A stretch of 64,000 nt of DNA. Source: Felis catus (taxonomy: Eukaryota). A model generated the notes under the pieces. That model saw only the letters and a program-made list of their open reading frames with translations, did no database searches and was not told where the DNA came from. The DNA lies in assembly GCF_018350175.1 (NCBI RefSeq), contig NC_058368.1:85004001-85068000 (forward strand). Reading direction: 5' to 3'. A program made the position numbers and the translations under genes. Below, piece after piece: positions 61,618 to 64,000 of this stretch. Numbering within the stretch: position 1 is the first letter of the stretch; each line of letters opens with the position of its first letter.

Positions 61618-62553
61618 ATGGTGGGTGGAAACAAATCCTCAATAACCGATTTCATCCTTGTCGGACTCTTTCCTGAATTTCAGCATTCTATTGTCCTCAA
61701 CTTTATGATCATCTTTGTCTACATTCTTGCCTTCCTGGGAAACATACTTTTGATTGTCTTAATTTGGGGAGACTCTCGACTTCATACGCCCATGTACATT
61801 CTCCTCAGTCAACTCTCCCTCATTGACTTGACATTAACTTCCACCATTGTTCCAAAGATGGCTTCTAACTATTTTACTGGGAAAAGAACCATATCATGGA
61901 TTGGCTGTGGAACACAGAGTTTCTTCTTCCTGATGTTGGGAATGTCAGAATGCCTCATCTTGACTCTCATGGCTTATGACCGCTATGTGGCTGTCTGCAA
62001 CCCATTGCGTTATCCCATTATTATGAGCCCCAGGTTCTGTATGCACATGGTTTTAGGTTGTTGGATTGGAGGCTCTATAAGTTCATTTATCCATACAGTC
62101 TACCCTATGCATTTTCCCATCTGTGGGTCACGGGAGATCCACCACTTCTTCTGTGAGGTCCCAGTCCTCATTAAGCTCTCCTGTGAAGACACTTCAGTGT
62201 ACCAGTTAGTGGTGGTGGTGACAAGCATTGTGTTGCTTGTTGTACCTTTCAGTCTCATCACAGTTTCCTATACTCTCATCTTCCTCACTGTATTTCGTAT
62301 GAACTCTGTCAAAGGCAGGAAAAAAACTCTGGCCACTTGTTCTTCCCATCTAACTGTGGTGAGTCTCTTCTTTGGCCCAAACATATTTATCTATATGACT
62401 TTCACTTCCTCCCATAGTGCAGAGGAGGACCAAGCTCTTTCTGTGTTCAGCAATATCCTAACCCCCATGTTGAACCCCCTCATCTACAGCCTGAGGAACA
62501 AAGAAGTGGTGGCAGCTCTCAGGAAGTTTATGGGAAAATGTGTGACATTTTAG
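61618..62553 (+). CDS. Olfactory receptor, class II, family-2-like; intact single coding exon, 311 aa
   Basis: N-glycosylation site NKS, GN in TM1, LHTPMY, PKM, MAYDRYVAVCNPLRY, HFFCE, TCSSHL, PMLNPLIYSLRNKEV. Confidence 0.97.
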   Translation: MVGGNKSSITDFILVGLFPEFQHSIVLNFMIIFVYILAFLGNILLIVLIWGDSRLHTPMYILLSQLSLIDLTLTSTIVPKMASNYFTGKRTISWIGCGTQSFFFLMLGMSECLILTLMAYDRYVAVCNPLRYPIIMSPRFCMHMVLGCWIGGSISSFIHTVYPMHFPICGSREIHHFFCEVPVLIKLSCEDTSVYQLVVVVTSIVLLVVPFSLITVSYTLIFLTVFRMNSVKGRKKTLATCSSHLTVVSLFFGPNIFIYMTFTSSHSAEEDQALSVFSNILTPMLNPLIYSLRNKEVVAALRKFMGKCVTF

Positions 62554-63258
62554 TGCTTGAAAACTGCTCCCCAGCTGTGAAAAGGATATATGTATAGCAT
62601 GGGAAAAGATACAGTTGAAAAACAATTTGAAATACTGTTGCAGGGAGTATGGACAGAGAGGCAAAAGATGAGTCCACAAAGTGCGGTTAAGTGAAGGTCC
62701 TCATTCTCGAGTAGGAATGAGGCCCCGACTCCAGAATGAAGCTTCTTTTTATTAGGATAATTGCTAAAGACTACATGCATAAAGTCAGCTAAGCAAGTGT
62801 ATTAATCAATCTAATGGTTTAGCTTTTCAAGGTTGAATTTCAAGTTAATTGGTTTCTATAACACCAGGAAGGGTCAGGTGTGAAGGAGGATCCGGCCCTG
62901 GCCAATGTTAATGGTTCTAGATGTTCCTTATGAGCCTCAGTGTTGTTCAGCTGTGTAAACATGTCCTAAGGCCTTGCACTTTCTCCCTCCCTTCCCTTTT
63001 AAAGTCTTTTTCTTTGATGCTTCTCTCCTGTATCTCCCACAAAATACCAACATGATGTTGTGTGGTTTCAGGAAACCAAGGTGATTGTGGCTTTATGTAA
63101 AGAGAACTTTTCATGTATGATTTTCTAGTATTCCAATGCAAGTTTCTTTACTTATAAATGTCATTGTGACATTATTAAGTTAAAAAAAAAGTTAATATTT
63201 TTTTTCCTTCAGAATTAAGTTTTCTCTGAAATCTCTGACATTATAAAGTTTTCTTGTA

Positions 63259-63264
63259 AATAAA
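63259..63264 (+). terminator. Possible polyadenylation signal for the intact OR
   Basis: AATAAA ~700 bp after the stop codon; motif evidence only. Confidence 0.3.
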
Positions 63265-63344
63265 ATAAGAATCAATGTCTGGGACTCAAACTGAACACAG
63301 ATTTCTTGACTTTGGCATTAGAAGTAGCAAGTTTAGAGAAATGT

Positions 63345-63584
63345 AAGAGGAGAATGGAATAGCAGCATCTGGAGCTTGCCTCCTACCATGGACACAGTGA
63401 GGTAATAGCTACATCTGTGCAACTATCTCAGAAAACAACCTGGATACAACTGGAAGAAAAATATTCCACAGTTAATCATAGAGAGAAGACCACATCAAAA
63501 AGGGAAAGACAGGAAAAGACTTGGTTAGGAATTTCAGTGAAATTAAGAAAAGAAAAAAAAAAGAAAGAAAGAAGAAAGAAAGAA

Positions 63585-63616
<32 letters not shown>

Positions 63617-64000
63617 AAAAGAAAGAAAGAAAGAAAGAAAAGGAAAGGAAAGGAAAGGAAAGGAAAGGAAAGGAAAGGAAAGAAAAGGAAAGGAACATCA
63701 CAAGCATAAAGAAGCAAGAGGATCAGCCTCCACACCAGGCACCCTTGGTCCTGGAGACCTGCATTGGGAAGAAGTGTCCCCATAACTTTTCACTTTAAAA
63801 ACCAGTGGGGCTTAAAGTTAGGGGCTTGACAATTAGCTGGCTAAACTCTAAGGTAGCTGATGGGTAATAGCCAATGAATTCCACACTTTTAATGAGTCAT
63901 AACACTAAATAACTCAGCCCAAGACACAGCATAGAAATAGCAGTTTGAAAACTTGTATGGTGATGATTTATTGACTAATCTTAGAATGTGTGTGTGGGGG
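63345..64000 (+). mobile_element. Old LINE-1 5'UTR (runs off the window end)
   Basis: Resembles the 5'UTRs at 4475 and 31024 (ATAGAGAGAAGACCACATC, TTTAAAACCAGTGGGGC, CAGCATAGAAATAGCAGTTTGAAAA). Confidence 0.75.
63546..63694 (+). repeat. Polypurine (GAAA)n/(GGAAA)n microsatellite
   Basis: Direct inspection. Confidence 0.97.

Noticed and set aside
1..64000. Novel multi-gene system, CRISPR array or prokaryotic operon
   Set aside because: The sequence is felid genomic DNA; all long ORFs are OR or LINE-1, and no regularly spaced repeat-spacer array exists.

Overview
AT-rich mammalian genomic DNA, almost certainly from a cat (Felidae), judged by SINEC_Fc-type Can-SINEs and felid-type LINE-1. It is part of an olfactory receptor (OR) cluster. 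It holds one intact class II, family-2-like OR gene (61618-62553, +) and one related OR pseudogene (28035-28966, +; nonsense codon at the DRY arginine plus a frameshift). Roughly three quarters or more of the window is nested LINE-1 of several ages plus about 22 Can-SINEs. Older L2, MIR, MER53-, MER21- and MLT1-like remnants and microsatellites lie in the remaining islands. There is no prokaryotic system, CRISPR array or novel protein family, and I cannot support a claim of a new biological system. The most interesting signals are mechanistic: three twin-primed (5'-inverted) L1 insertions; several locally templated insertions with hairpin or patchwork junctions; a candidate 5' transduction in front of a young L1; a candidate spliced L1 integrant; a five-element SINE/L1 nest; and Ebf(O/E)+homeodomain motif clusters that may be the OR promoters. 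Repeat subfamily names and repeat boundaries were assigned by eye and are approximate.
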